Source: Octopus vulgaris
Taxonomy: Eukaryota
Assembly: GCA_951406725.2 (NCBI GenBank)
Contig: OX597814.1
Location: forward strand, 46,872,001-46,936,000
DNA length: 64,000 bases
Direction: 5' to 3'
Shown: positions 12,244-24,989 of the stretch, one piece after another
How the letters are laid out: every line of letters starts with the position of its first letter
How positions within the stretch are numbered: the first letter of the stretch is position 1
The notes under the pieces: generated by a model
Database searches by the model: none
What the model saw: the letters and a program-made list of their open reading frames with translations, nothing else
What the model was told of the DNA's origin: nothing
Position numbers and translations under genes: made by a program

Positions 12244-12455
12244 TTAAATTAGAGATAAAACCACTATTAGGCAAATCAAACAATGAAAAACATAAACCAA
12301 AACATAGAAATAAAATTAATTAATATAATTATTAATTGATTTGCCTAATAGTGGTTTTATCTCTAATTTAATATATATATTTATACTGTAAAATTAGATT
12401 TAATCCTAAATCTAATTTTTCCCTGTAAGTTTGGATTTACTCCATAATATTATTA
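12244..12455. repeat. Fold-back element with ~36-bp inverted arms and a one-sided extension, in a (TA)n tract
   Basis: TTAAATTAGAGATAAAACCACTATTAGGCAAATCAA (12244-12279) is inverted at 12336-12371; related copy at 34393-34650. Confidence 0.75.
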
Positions 12456-13643
12456 TATATATATAACCTATGTAATTTAATCTATTTAAGCTATGCAACT
12501 CACAGTATTATTCTTGCTGAACATTATCTGTTACGATTACGAAGATCTTTCAGCACTGAACAGAAATTACTAACATCTATATCTAATAGATTAAGTTATG
12601 AATATGTAGTGGAAAGGTGTATCAGTAGATGTTGAGGTAACAGATGCGATAGGCATGTGGATGCCTTCAAAGGAATAACATCAGTTTGTAGTTTAAATAA
12701 TTTATTTAAACGGCACTTGCATTTGCTTGTGGTATGCACAAATTTTCACTACATCAATTCATTGCCAACTGCTTTGAGCTGGCGAATAAGTCAACAAAAT
12801 TCATCTGTGGATATGAAAGGGTAGAACTGAATATGTTTTGTGTCGGTGTATGCATTGGTCATTCAACCGGACATGTGTGTGTGTTGGTCATTCACACTGG
12901 TCGTTCATGTTGAATATCTGAGAAATTATTGGCCTCCTATCTCGTGGTGCATCTCTTATTTGACTGTCTGTCCCTTTATGGATTACTGTATTTATAACAA
13001 GTTGTGGCAGCTAGAAGGACAGACATACCACAGGAGAAATTGTGCCTAAATAGGTCAACTCTTGTCCATTTGAACTTCACCTGACATGGCTGAGGTCTGA
13101 GTTCAAAGGAAAATGATCCATCATTTTTTGACTGGACAAAGAAATTTCTTTTGTGCCTGTTTGGTCAGTGGTGGATCAGCTGAGCGAGAATCCTTAGATT
13201 CGGTTTCGAATCTAAGCTTGGAAAAAGGAAGTTAGTTCTTACAAATATAATGGAAAGAATTATGGCAAGAATTATCATGAATGGATATGAGTTTTTTTTT
13301 TTCTAATTGTAAAATTGCAAATATATTTCATGTGAAGTAGCTGTATAAGTACTTATTAAAGGACTTAAATCTTCGCTATCTTTTTCTATTAGAAAGCGCA
13401 CTTGAGTATCTTTATACAGAAAGCTGGTTGTAAAAGAATGAAACTGGCTAGCTATTGACTTTATACAAGACAGATAAGGATCTTATTAGTGGAAAAAGTT
13501 CAGAATAGTCTCTGCTGAATAATGAAGTAAATAATGAAGGAAGGAAGTAGGTTAGAACCCAAATATTGAATGTTTAAACTGGCATTGTTACTTTCTAGAT
13601 ATTGTAATTTCTCTGAGAGTGCCTTCGATTTGTTTATTTTTAG

Positions 13644-13721
13644 TTCGAAACAAAGATCTCACATGGCCTGAAGAGATGTGTCAGCTTGCAAAACACAGAA
13701 ATTTTAGTAAAAAAGATAATG
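13644..13721 (+). CDS. USP32: USP32 exon: VRNKDLTWPEEMCQLAKHRNFSKKDN
   Basis: ttttag| acceptor, G|gtaagg donor; VRNKD..WPEEM motif. Confidence 0.92.
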
Positions 13722-13810
13722 GTAAGGAAATATATTATTTCATTTGTTCTTTTGAAATTGTCATCAATCAGTAGTTGCTAAATATTATTTTTCTGTTGTA
13801 TGTCTTTCAA

Positions 13811-14058
13811 TGGTGGAGGCATGTGGCTTAGTGGTTAAGGTGTTGGACACATGATCGTAATACTGTGGTTTCAATTCCTGGACTGGATGATGCATTGTGT
13901 TCTTGAGCAAAACGTTTGATGTTGCTCTAGTCCACTCAGTTGGCAAAAATGAATATTCCTGCATGGACCAACATTCCGTCCAGAGGTTAATATATATACC
14001 ACAAAAACTGGGAAACCAGCCCTTTGAGTCTGTATGAATCGGAAAAGATCTTTATCCT
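13811..14058 (+). mobile_element. tRNA-derived SINE
   Basis: A-box TGGCTTAGTGG, B-box GGTTTCAATTCC, central TTGTGTTCTTGAGCAAAAC...GTCCACTCAG. Confidence 0.7.
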
Positions 14059-14835
14059 TTTTTTATATATCATTCAATGAGTTGTTGAGTTATTACAGAG
14101 TAGAATTTGTTTGCATGGATAAACTCCAATTCATCTTTCAAGATCTATAAAAAATATATATCATCATGATACTTCATTGCTTTAGATAACACTACAACTG
14201 ACAGAAGTATTTTTGACAACAAACCTATTGTAGATTTACATGTTATCTGATAAGAAGTGCCAGTCGTAATCTGAGGGTTATGAAAACTACAGCTAAAATC
14301 CGGCTTTTGATGAAGTCAAAGTTCACATAAGAGCATGTAAACAACCAAACTGATCATTGTAAATTTAAGATTTAAAATTTTTCACTAGCTATCATCATGA
14401 AGTTTGTAGTATTGAATAAAAGTTACCTGTCATAATGATTTAATTGAATTGCTGAAATACATATCTTCAGATTGAATATTACTCTAAATTTATCAAATAC
14501 TAGTCTTGCTTTTGTTTATATAATTTTGATATAAAACTTGAAGCAATTTATGATAGCTGTATACTAATACCCATTATCATCGTAATTCAACATTTGTTTT
14601 TCATGCTGGATCTCCTAAGCAATATTTGAAGTAGTGTAAAATAATTGTAGATGTTTTTAATCCAATTCATTTTCTATATTCCTATCTTTTGAGAATATCA
14701 TCACGTGTGTTATCACTAACTAATATTTTCCTTTCTAAACTATCTGGATTACAATGTGTTGAAGACGAATAACTGGATAATACCAGTGCTTTCAAACATG
14801 ATATAACATATAAAAACAACCTTCACTCTTCTTAA

Positions 14836-15057
14836 CCCTTTCGTTACCCTATTTATTTTGAGATGCTCTGTGTTTCATTCAATTAATTTTAAATATAACA
14901 AAGAATTTAGTAAAAGAACTTAGTTATCATTAAGCTAGTGTTGGGAACATAAATTGTGACTAAGGTTTGGTGGAAGATTTTAATTCAGAACTTATGAAAG
15001 TAAGACATTTGTACTACAGAGCCTGAGGCGGTTTTGGCCGGGTTGGTATCAAAAGGG
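14836..15057. mobile_element. piggyBac-type MITE (222 bp)
   Basis: TTAA at 14832-14835 and 15058-15061; TIRs CCCTTTCGTTACC / GGTATCAAAAGGG. Confidence 0.8.
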
Positions 15058-15178
15058 TTAATCTATTGTTGTTCTTGTTTATTATCAGATAACGTGTGCA
15101 CAAGCTCTGTTATAGATAATGGTAATCTGTTTGTCAGATTGTGTTAAAAATATTTAAAATTTTCTTTTTTATATTTAG

Positions 15179-15317
15179 TACCCACAGAGCAAGGTGCAAC
15201 AGGTTTAAATAATTTGGGAAATACATGTTTCATGAATGCTGCTGTCCAGTGTGTCTCAAACACTTGGCCCCTTACTCAATATTTTACTGGTGGCTTACAT
15301 CTGTATGAGCTTAATCG
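15179..15317 (+). CDS. USP32: USP32 exon with catalytic Cys box: [29 protein letters not shown]...LYELNR
   Basis: Catalytic Cys TGT at 15226-15228; tttag| acceptor, |gtaagt donor. Confidence 0.96.
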
Positions 15318-15978
15318 GTAAGTTTCCATATTAAGTTTATCAAGACATCAGTTTTTTCAAGCTAATTACAACTAGGTAGTAGCTTTAAAAATGCTAATTG
15401 GAGATATTGACAATACTTAGAAATTCTAACATTAGCCTTTAAATACTCCTGTTTATGTATGGTAGACTTAATCTGTTGCTCGTTTAACCCCCTCAATCTG
15501 ACTCTTGGTAGCTTTTAGCAGAGTCCACTGTTGCATGAATTCAACCTAAGTTTTTTATCTAAAGATAACTTACTTCCTTCTTCCCATCAGTTTTAGAAAC
15601 CCTGAAATTGTTCATGGGTGCTGCCCTTTTCCCTTTGAACATGAAAAAGGTTCCATCTACTGGAACCTTTAATACAAATGGTTTAATATTTAGCTTTTTT
15701 TTTTAATGTATGCATTCCAGTTACATCTCTAACACGGAATTTATTTCCCATACTTAACTAAAGGTTCTTGAATACATTGTACATTGACCAGTCAATTACT
15801 GTGTTGTACATGATTAATGGTTTGCCTACTTTTGTAAAACAAGCTGTAAATTTCTTTGATAACACTTAGGATCAAATTTTTATTTTTCCAATCATTTTTA
15901 GTATGTTTTCATAAAATAATTCCTTATTACATTTTGATAGTATTTTGTAGATCAAGAATATTAGTCATTTTTCTTTAA

Positions 15979-16140
<162 letters not shown>

Positions 16141-17160
16141 TAATTTAAAAGAAAAATAGAACCATTATATACATATATATTTATATCATATAATATGTGT
16201 TTCCATGTATTTTCTAACCATTTCTGGTAGCCTGTTCAGTGACAAAGCTGTAAAGAAAAGGTATTTAAAAAGGTCAAGACTCTCTTTGCACAATTATTCC
16301 CCCTTTTTACAGTTTAAGAATTTGTTGATTTTCTCATTGTCCCATATATGTTGATATTCTGTAGTAAATAGATTTTTTTTTCCTAGAATCTAAGTGTATC
16401 TTGGGCAATGAGTTTAGTATCCTCATCAAACCCATTACTCAAATAGATTTCTTCTTTCTTTTGTATTTTTACTAATACATTGATGACAACTGATCAGTTG
16501 ACTTCCACAGTAGAGCATGTTTATATTTTGTGGCTCCAAACAGTAGCAGGTTGGCTGATATTTTATTTAAAGGTTCCATCAATATTCTATTGACCCATCA
16601 CTCTCAGCTTTGTTAATTATCTTTGTATGTCTTATTTTATTCCAGATTGCTAACTTATCATCCTTCAGGGAAAGTAGTATCTCAAATACATTCCCTTAAA
16701 ATTCTTAGCTCAAAATTGTGTTATGCCTATAGCTACCATATAGCTTTCTGCCCAAACCATATAATTAGTTCTGTCATAGAATCAAGGGCAGTCTTGGTTG
16801 GGTTAGTATCAAAAGGGTTGCTAGATGATTTATCTCTTTAGTCTACTGTCTCAGCTAAATACATTTAGTTAAAGTAATACTGTAAATTTAAAAGTTTCTG
16901 ACACCACTATAATAATCATCCTTTAATGTCAGATAAAGTTTTGAGACTGATTTTATACATTCAGATGGCCTTTCTGTTGCCAACTCTCACCTGTTTCCAA
17001 GCAAAGTAATATTTCTCTGTGGCAGACATGTTCTTGTAGAATACTGGAAATGAATGACATTGCTTGTGTGATAGTAACAATCATTTTATAACTATCACAC
17101 AATATCAAGACAAGGCTTGTTCTAATTGATGACTGCTTCAGGGATGTTCTAACTGACAAC

Positions 17161-17421
17161 TAAGGGTAAAGACCCCCTTCGGTCATGAATGACCATGGGA
17201 TTGCACCTAGAAAGTTACCCTCCTAGACACAAGTCCGGGCAAGGTTGTTTATGGAAGGCCAGCAGTCGCCCATGCATACCAGCCTCCCCTCTCCACGCCA
17301 CCAGTGTTATCCAAGGGAAAGACAAAGGTCGATACAGCTTGGCACCAGTGACGTCGCAACTCATTTCTACAGCTGAGTGAACTGGAACAACGTGAAATAA
17401 AGTGCCTTGCTCGAGAACACA
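17161..17421 (-). mobile_element. 5'-truncated SINE (same central domain as 13811, different tail)
   Basis: Minus strand GTTGTGTTCTCGAGCAAGGCACTTTATTTCACGTTGTTCCAGTTCACTCAGCTG; GC-rich, CpG-retaining island. Confidence 0.65.
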
Positions 17422-20400
17422 ACTATAATATACATATATATTATAGAAAACAAAGTACTGCACTTTGTACAAATGATTGTTAACTTTCCTTAGGTTGTTC
17501 TTCATTAATATCCCAACTTAACAATTCAGTTAGTTCCTCATATCCAAACACTTAGTGGGAGACTAATCCCCACCAAAATAATTCCATAAACAACAATTGT
17601 ATTCTCACTGATAAAATTTAGCATATAAAATTTTTTTGAAGTATTAAACAAGAAGCAATAAAACAATGGTTTTAATCGATTGCAGTGTGAAAGACACATA
17701 TTTGCCACTGAAAAACACACAAAGACTGTTTACTTCACTTAAACATTTATAATAACAGATGTCAAAATGTTCAAGTGAAGTTAACAGTCATATGTGTCTT
17801 CCATGCTGCTTTTGTTTTTTAGTTTCAATGTAGAGTCTCAAATCCAATCACTTGTCTTGTAAGTACACCTCCAAAACATTGATTTGATAAATCAATCATC
17901 AAATATCATCATTTAATATCTGTTGTCCATGCTGGCATGAGTCGGACGATTTGATCAGGGCTGGTAAGCCAAAGAGCTGCACCAGATTTCAGTCTGATTT
18001 GGCATGGTTTCTGTGGCTGAATGCCCTCCTTAATGCAAATAAAAGCAATCAGATAACACTTGATTTTTCCCCTCATTACTCATCTCTCAATGTTGCTTTG
18101 CTGTTCATATTTGGTCACCTAAAGGAGGAGCATCTTGTCTCTTTATAAATGTGTCATGAGTTGCTTGCTTCCATCATAGTCTTTTCTTTTTCTTCATAAA
18201 TTTCATGGTAGCAGAAAATGAGCATTATTTAGATTTACAGCAACTTTTCTACCTCACTTGAGATTTGAATTCTGAAATTCAAAATTATGAACTGCTCTTT
18301 GAAAGTGTGACTTTGCTTCATCTAGCCCTTTAACAGTGACTGAACAAACAACAGTTTCCATTGTTAGATCTTTAGCTTTTCTGTAGTGGTATTCAATTTC
18401 AGTGAGGTCCTTGTGTATGAGCTCTTGGTCATTTGACCAAGGTCATTTGACCAAGGTCATTTATGTGACCCATAGAAACATAAATGTCAATTGATTGGAA
18501 ATATCAATGATTGCTTCTGATTACTTTGGAGCAGCCATTTCTAGTTCTTCAAATCCCTCAAATTGTCAATAAATTGACAGCAAAATTTGTTCTAAACCTC
18601 ATATTTTCTCTGTAATTTGTTTCAGGTTTCTTGTGTTACCTTTACAACACCTTGAACATTGAATGATTTCCAAACTTGTTTCAGTTTCAAAGAGTTATAA
18701 AGAGTGTTTTTTAACTAATGAAAAGTCTATTGACAATAGTTTGCTTAATGTCTTGGTAGTTCATTATTTGCAAAAGTGATGTATTTGGCAACAAGCAGTT
18801 GCCTAGCATTTGTATGGTGCAGTGGATGAGTACATTAGCTGTATTCAGTAGCACATGAAAAATGGAATATTTATTGTATGTGTGAGTGTGTGTGTGCACA
18901 TGTAGAGAGACAGATAGGTGAATATAAGAGTAGAAATTAATTTTCTAGCATGGACCTAATTAATAGCCAAAACATTTTAATGAAAATATTTTTATTCAAC
19001 AAGTAATGTTGAAACTTTTGATTGAAATAATAATTGAATTTCAACAATGGAAAAAGAAAAAAAGAAATGGAGGGCCAACACTGGATGCAATAATTAATTT
19101 GGTATTATCTCAATCATTGGCATTAAAAAATTTGAAGTATTTTTTTAACAGCACACATTATTTTGTGTGTGCATAATTTCAATTAGACACTATTGTATAC
19201 TTACATATACAGAAGTACTTTTATCAACCACAAATACATTATATAACTAGCAATTTGTAAAAAGTATATGAATGGCAGTTTATTATCATGTGCATTTATT
19301 TTAATCCAAACATCTCATGAATTATTAATTATGTAAGAGACATTTTTGTTCAGAAGTATGAAAACATATATAGAAATTTGTGAGCAGAAAAATCAGTAAG
19401 AAATGTAGGAAATCAATTAATAAAATACAGTAAAGAAGTCTATAAAGATTTACTTTTTCATCATTTTGTATTTCATCACATACTTTTCTAATTATTGACT
19501 GCATTAAATGGTGTTTAGCATCCCCTACTTTCTCCTTTAAAAGACGTTAGTGGAGAAGCAGCAGTACTGATAACTTTGTCAGACTTATGAAATTGACGTG
19601 CTTGGTTGATAATCAGTTTGACCTTCTTTTGCCGGTAGTGCTGCCTTTTGGAGAAATGTATGTAGGAAAAGAATTGAAGAAGATTCTAATTCTAAGGATA
19701 AATGATTAGGAAAAAGAGTGTAGTTCTAAATGGATAAGACAAAATAAGAATGCAATATTCTTTTAGAAGAGAAAACACTGCAATGGATTATGAGGAATTC
19801 TCTCAATTTGAGATTCTTTGAACTTTGTGTTTGTAATGTCATGATGTTTTTGCCTTCATCATACATCTGTATTCCACTGTTACTTATTTTTAGCTTATTG
19901 GACTGGTGCATTGAATCATAAACATCTTTAGTAAAGAAATAGTGTAACATCTGTCAATATTTGTCAAATATGCTAGGGATTAAGCCAGGTGTTCAGGAAT
20001 TAGAATTTAATAATGTGAGATACTTGTAGTATTGCCCCAGTTCAAACAAACTTACGATAAAATTCCAACCTTGATTACCCTTATCTTTATTCTACATGCA
20101 AGGAACCTAGGACCACATTATCCAATATGTCCTACTGTAAGACAGCAGGATATAATTTGAGGGAAATAATTGTTTCCTACTAGATTTTTAATGTCAGTTA
20201 AACACTTGTGTGCACTATGCAAGCTCTTTATCACTGCATTTAGTAAATAGAGAAATACTCTGAGTGTGATAATTATTCCAGATGACTCTCCAGAATAAAC
20301 AAATTTTAATGCTTAGGAGAAATTGTATTTCAGTAACAAAAAAAAAACAAAAAAACCCTGTTGATTAATCTTCAATATTAAAGAATTTCATCTCATATTG

Positions 20401-20536
20401 TGATATTTTTGTTATCCTTTTAGCTTTACATTTATTCAAACTTTTATAAGTTATGTGAATATTTACTTTGCCATTTCTAGGTATATGTGTTTTAATTTGG
20501 TTGTTGTCCATTTTTCTCTTGACATCATTTTTATAG

Positions 20537-20641
<105 letters not shown>

Positions 20642-20825
20642 TAATGTAATTTATTTATTAACTTTTTTTTACTGTCTTTACAACTATTTATCCAGCAATA
20701 GAATGAAAGCTTTTCATGTCATAAGTGTTGTGTGACTTTGTTATTCCTTATTTGTGCAGAAAGACTGAGTTTATAATATAGTGAAGACTTCCTGATCTTA
20801 TTGTCAAAAGTGCTTGGTATGTGGA

Positions 20826-21520
20826 ATCATCACCATCATTTAGTATCTGTTTTCTGAGCTGGTATGGGTTAGATGGTTTGGCTGGAATTGGTAAGCTGGA
20901 GAACTGTACCAGGCTCCAGTCTGTTTTGGTTTGGTTTCTATGGCTGTATGTCCTTCCTAACACCAACTACTCCACAGAGTGTAATGGGTACCTTTTATGT
21001 GTCACCAACATGAGTGCCTTTTACGTGTCATTAGCACTGGTGCCTTTTCGTGTCACCAGCATGGCTGCCTTTTCCTTCTATGTATCATCAGCATGGGTAC
21101 TTTTTACATGTCACTGTTACAGGTGCCCTTTACGTGTCACTGGCACTGGCCATGACTACAATTTCACTTGGCTTGATGCGACTTCTGAAGCACAGAAAAC
21201 TTCCAAAGGTCTCAATCACTTGTCTTCACCCCTGTGAGACTCAAAATCTGAAGGTCATGCTTCATCACCTTGTACCATGTCTTCCTGGGTCTACCTCTTC
21301 CATAAGTTACCTCCACAGAAATTGGCACTTCTTTACACTGCTGTCCTTGTCCATTTGTATCCTATGACCATACCAGTACAGTCATCTCTCTTGCACACCT
21401 CATCCGACACCTCTTATACCCAATTTTTCTCTCAAGACACTTACACTCTGTCGTATGTGCACACTGACATCGCACATCTAGCAAAGCATACCGCCTTCAT
21501 TTCTTTCAAGCCTTGTCACT
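20826..21520 (-). mobile_element. RTE LINE 3' fragment (older subfamily)
   Basis: (CAT)n tail, ACCAACTACTCC 3'UTR and CCATGTCTTCCTGGGTCTACCTCT (GRPRKTW), matching the other copies. Confidence 0.75.
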
Positions 21521-21544
21521 TTTATGCTACTCTAAATAGTATGG

Positions 21545-21880
21545 TTTTCTATAACCCTGGATCAACTAAAGCCTTGTGAGTAGATTTGGTAGACAGAAAC
21601 TAAAAAATGTCTCTCTCTCTCTGCAGGCACACACACATACGTTCATGTGCATGTCTGTGTATCTGTGCATATCTCCAAGTGTCACTGTTATACAAGCAGG
21701 ATTTATTTTGAACCTTCTATGAAAATGTATCCAACCAGAGTAAATATTACCTTACTTAGAAACAAGTGAGAGTTGCTAACAGGAAGGGCATTTGGTCATA
21801 GAATTTGCCAAGGCAAACTTTCTATCTGACCTATGCAAGCATGTAAAATTGAACTTTAAAACGTTGATAGTGATGATGTT
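21545..21880 (+). mobile_element. SINE with an RTE-like tail
   Basis: GCCTTGTGAGTAGATTTGGTAGACAGAAAC...CAGGAAGGGCAT...ATGCAAGCATG. Confidence 0.55.
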
Positions 21881-22177
21881 GCTTGCATTAAAAAAATGTG
21901 CTTAGAAAGAATGTTTTACATTTGTGAAGACCTAAATAGCCCAAGAGTATACATTAATAAAAGAAAGATAATAAATATTCTTTAAGTTTTCCTACTTACA
22001 TATATTTATCTAGTTCAAGGATTATATTTTTTCTTTGTATTCTCAATATTGTGTAAAGAGGCTAAATTTTAAAACAGTCCTTGTTTCTTATTATTTTGAT
22101 GATATGCTTTTTGAAATGCTTGTGTAAATGTTTATATTTTAGGATATAATTTAATTTAGGTTTTATCACTGTTGCAG

Positions 22178-22247
22178 GGTCCACGAGAAACCATATGTTG
22201 AATTGAAAGACAGTAATGGACGTCCTGATGAAGAAGTAGCACAGGAA
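22178..22247 (+). CDS. USP32: USP32 exon: VHEKPYVELKDSNGRPDEEVAQE
   Basis: tgcag| acceptor, |gtaaat donor. Confidence 0.94.
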
Positions 22248-22418
22248 GTAAATATTCTTTTCTAAAACTTTACCAGGAATTATTATTCTGTAATAAAAAT
22301 TTTCAGGATGGAAAATAGATATTGTTTTAATGCTTTCTAGCACAATTAATTGTTTCAAGAGGAGAAATTTTAGTGCAGTTTATTCCCTTTTACATTTTTA
22401 CTACATAAAATACTTTAA

Positions 22419-23504
22419 CCTTTTCGTTACTATATTTCTGACCAAAATACACCCCTTATGTGTTTCAATTAATTTCTCACATAATCATAAATTTAGTCTG
22501 GTTTCATTAAACAACTATAACTTTTTTATTTATCAATATATTAATGTGATTTTTGGAAGATAATTTAATGAAATGTTCTCAACCAATTCTATACTATAAT
22601 TTTTGTCACAAAGTGACTCTAATTGCAGGTAGATACAGGTAAATTCAACAAAATATAAAATTATTAAAATTTTTGTTCAAACATCGCTATAGAAAATGGG
22701 TTATTAGCTAATATTCAGTTGGGTATACAACAAAATTTTACTATAGAATTTGTTATTCTGGGTAACTTTCTGATACCCATAATAATATTTATGGCAAAAT
22801 AGGCCTTAATTTCATTTAAGGTTGTGGGGAACCACAAACTATCCTTTCTTTCGCTTTGTTTACATTTAGCGTAACGGTTCGTTTCCGCCGTAATGATTTC
22901 AAATAGGCTCATTCGAAAAAGTAAATAGAAATAGTCTAAGGCTTTACTCTCCTGGGAAAGACTGTGGCTTGGTCCAGTTTCTTCAGAAAAATCACCGAAA
23001 GAAACAGTTTTTAAATTTTCACTCCATTCAGGTGCCAATTCATTTTCTTTATCGCTGTCGGAGCTCTCGGATTCACTGTTTTCACTTTCAGAAAATGAAA
23101 CATCAGATTCATTATCAAATACCTCGTGCTTTTTTTTGCAGTCATAGAATTAGATTTATGAAGGTCTTCAGTAGAAAATCCTTCGAATTCTGACTCGCTG
23201 CTTGATATAATGAAATTCGTATCCATTTTTTGTCAGAATTACAAATTCTGAAAACACAATAGGAACAAATTTCAGAAAAAAATCTCCCAAAATTCACGGA
23301 ATTAAAATTACACTTCGATTTTGTACAAAACTGTAGTTGAACTCTTTACGAAGTATAATACGTGTTTTCACGAATGTACTAAAGAGATTTGCTCTGATAT
23401 TCTCATTTAAATATGAATAGGTAAATACGGGCAGGTTTGGGCGGTTTGGTCACATTAACCAAAATTTTTTTCAGGTGACTTTGAGCGGTTTGGTAATGAA
23501 AGGG
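22419..23504 (-). mobile_element. Internally deleted piggyBac transposon
   Basis: TTAA TSD (22415-22418 and 23505-23508); TIRs CCTTTTCGTTAC / GTAATGAAAGGG; frameshifted N-terminal transposase DYFYLLF...IITAETNRYA...WFPTTLNEIKAYFAINIIMGIRKLP. Confidence 0.88.
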
Positions 23505-23686
23505 TTAATAGGCAAGTTTTTAACATTTACTATAATATCTAACTCATAAAATTCCAAATAGGCTTGAACTATTATTTTGTTGTTTAGCTCGGGTTAGTCC
23601 TTATTGAACCATGACAAAACATTCCAGTTTTTACCATCCTATTTTTTTTTATATTTTGAACTAAATTGTTCAAGGTGTCTTTTCAT

Positions 23687-24532
23687 TTCAAGGCAGTGGG
23701 GTGTGATTTGATTAAAATTTCTATAAATTTTAAAAAGACCATATAGAGCGTTTTTAAGGTATTGGATAGAGTAGTCTCCCATGAGCAATGATTGATGTGG
23801 TAACTGTTTAGGAAATATAGTCATTTAGAATTAGTTCATTCATTGTTGACCAAGGTTCAGTCCTTTTTCTTCCAATGAATTAAAATTCTATTTGCAGAAC
23901 TGAGATTAAGATACCTATGGAAGTATGCAGTTTTACATTAGTTAATTTTTAATAATTCAAACCACTGTAGTAATTTTTTTCCTTTTTCTATTAGCCATAA
24001 GAAATCCTCAAATCTTGTATTTAAAACAAAATGAAAATAACTAAGTTTAGTTAATGATTTAAACCTTCACAAGCCAACAGCATCAGTTTAGTCATTGTGT
24101 TTGGAATATAGAGGAAGAATAAATATTAATTTCAAATTTTGGCACAAGGCCAGCAATTTTATGGGAGTGGGCTAGTCAGTTACATTGATCCCAGTGTTCA
24201 GTTGGTACTTTTTTTACCAACTCCGAAAGTGGACCTTAGTGAAATTTGAACTCAGAATGTTAAGTCAGAGGAAATACTGCAAAGCATTTTTTCTAGATAC
24301 CATAGGTATCTTAATCTCAGTTCTGCAAATAGAACTTTAATTTATAGGAAGAAAAAGGACTGAACCTTGGTCAACAATGAATGAACTAATTCTAAATGAC
24401 TATATTTCCTAAACAGTTACCACATCAATCATTGCTCATGGGAGACTACTCTATCTAATATCTTAAAAACGCTCTATATGGTCTTTTAAAATTTATAGAA
24501 ATTTTAATCAAATCACACCCCACTGCCTTGAA
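23687..24532. repeat. 234-bp inverted duplication (arms 23687-23920 and 24300-24532)
   Basis: Arms are reverse complements with about 6 differences by eye. Confidence 0.92.
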
Positions 24533-24550
24533 TTCTGCCAGCTCACCATC
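24128..24550 (-). mobile_element. Old SINE interrupted by the inverted duplication
   Basis: CAAATTTTGGCACAAGGCCAGCAATTT...GAACTCAGAA...[insert]...TCTGCCAGCTCACC is the reverse of the family at 63544. Confidence 0.7.
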
Positions 24551-24683
24551 TTCAATATTAAATACACTGAGAGGTTACAAAAAAGTTTAAAGTGGTAAAT
24601 TTAATGAAAGCCATTAAAGTCTTGAAATAATGTAAAACATTATTTGTATCATTCTTTTCATGAGTTTTATGTTTGTTTTGCAG

Positions 24684-24858
24684 GCTTGGGAAAATCATAT
24701 ACTTCGTAACCAGTCAATTGTCGTTGATTTATTCCATGGTCAATTGAAATCTCAAGTACGGTGTAAAGAATGTGGTCATGTCAGTGTCCGCTTTGACCCT
24801 TTCAACTATTTGTCATTACCTTTACCAATGGACAGCTGTGTTCATTTGGAAGTTATTG
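24684..24858 (+). CDS. USP32: USP32 exon: AWENHILRNQSIVVDLFHGQLKSQVRCKECGHVSVRFDPFNYLSLPLPMDSCVHLEVI
   Basis: tgcag| acceptor, G|gttagt donor; first CxxC of the fingers Zn ribbon. Confidence 0.96.
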
Positions 24859-24989
24859 GTTAGTTACCTTCATATTTATATACTTTTTTCAGTATCCACT
24901 TTCTGCTAAGTGTAAAAGGAAAATGAATGGATTCGTATGTATGTGTATAATTCTTTCTTTTTCTTTTTTTTTTGTGGCTAGGATAATTT

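Noticed and set aside
12520-13390. Possible old transposon fragment
   Set aside because: No diagnostic motif or TIR pair that I could support.
14300-14360. TGATGA...CTGA as a C/D snoRNA, or a hammerhead
   Set aside because: Only about 46 nt with no terminal stem; the hammerhead core is too degenerate (no GAAA).
15609-15680. Two hairpins with ANANNA and ACA, resembling an H/ACA snoRNA (perfect stem AAAGGTTCCA/TGGAACCTTT)
   Set aside because: About 70 nt in total; the hairpins are too short and have no pseudouridylation pockets.
18425-18462. GGTCA-TT-TGACC repeats as an estrogen response element
   Set aside because: Spacer is 2 nt, not 3; explained by a 14-bp tandem duplication.
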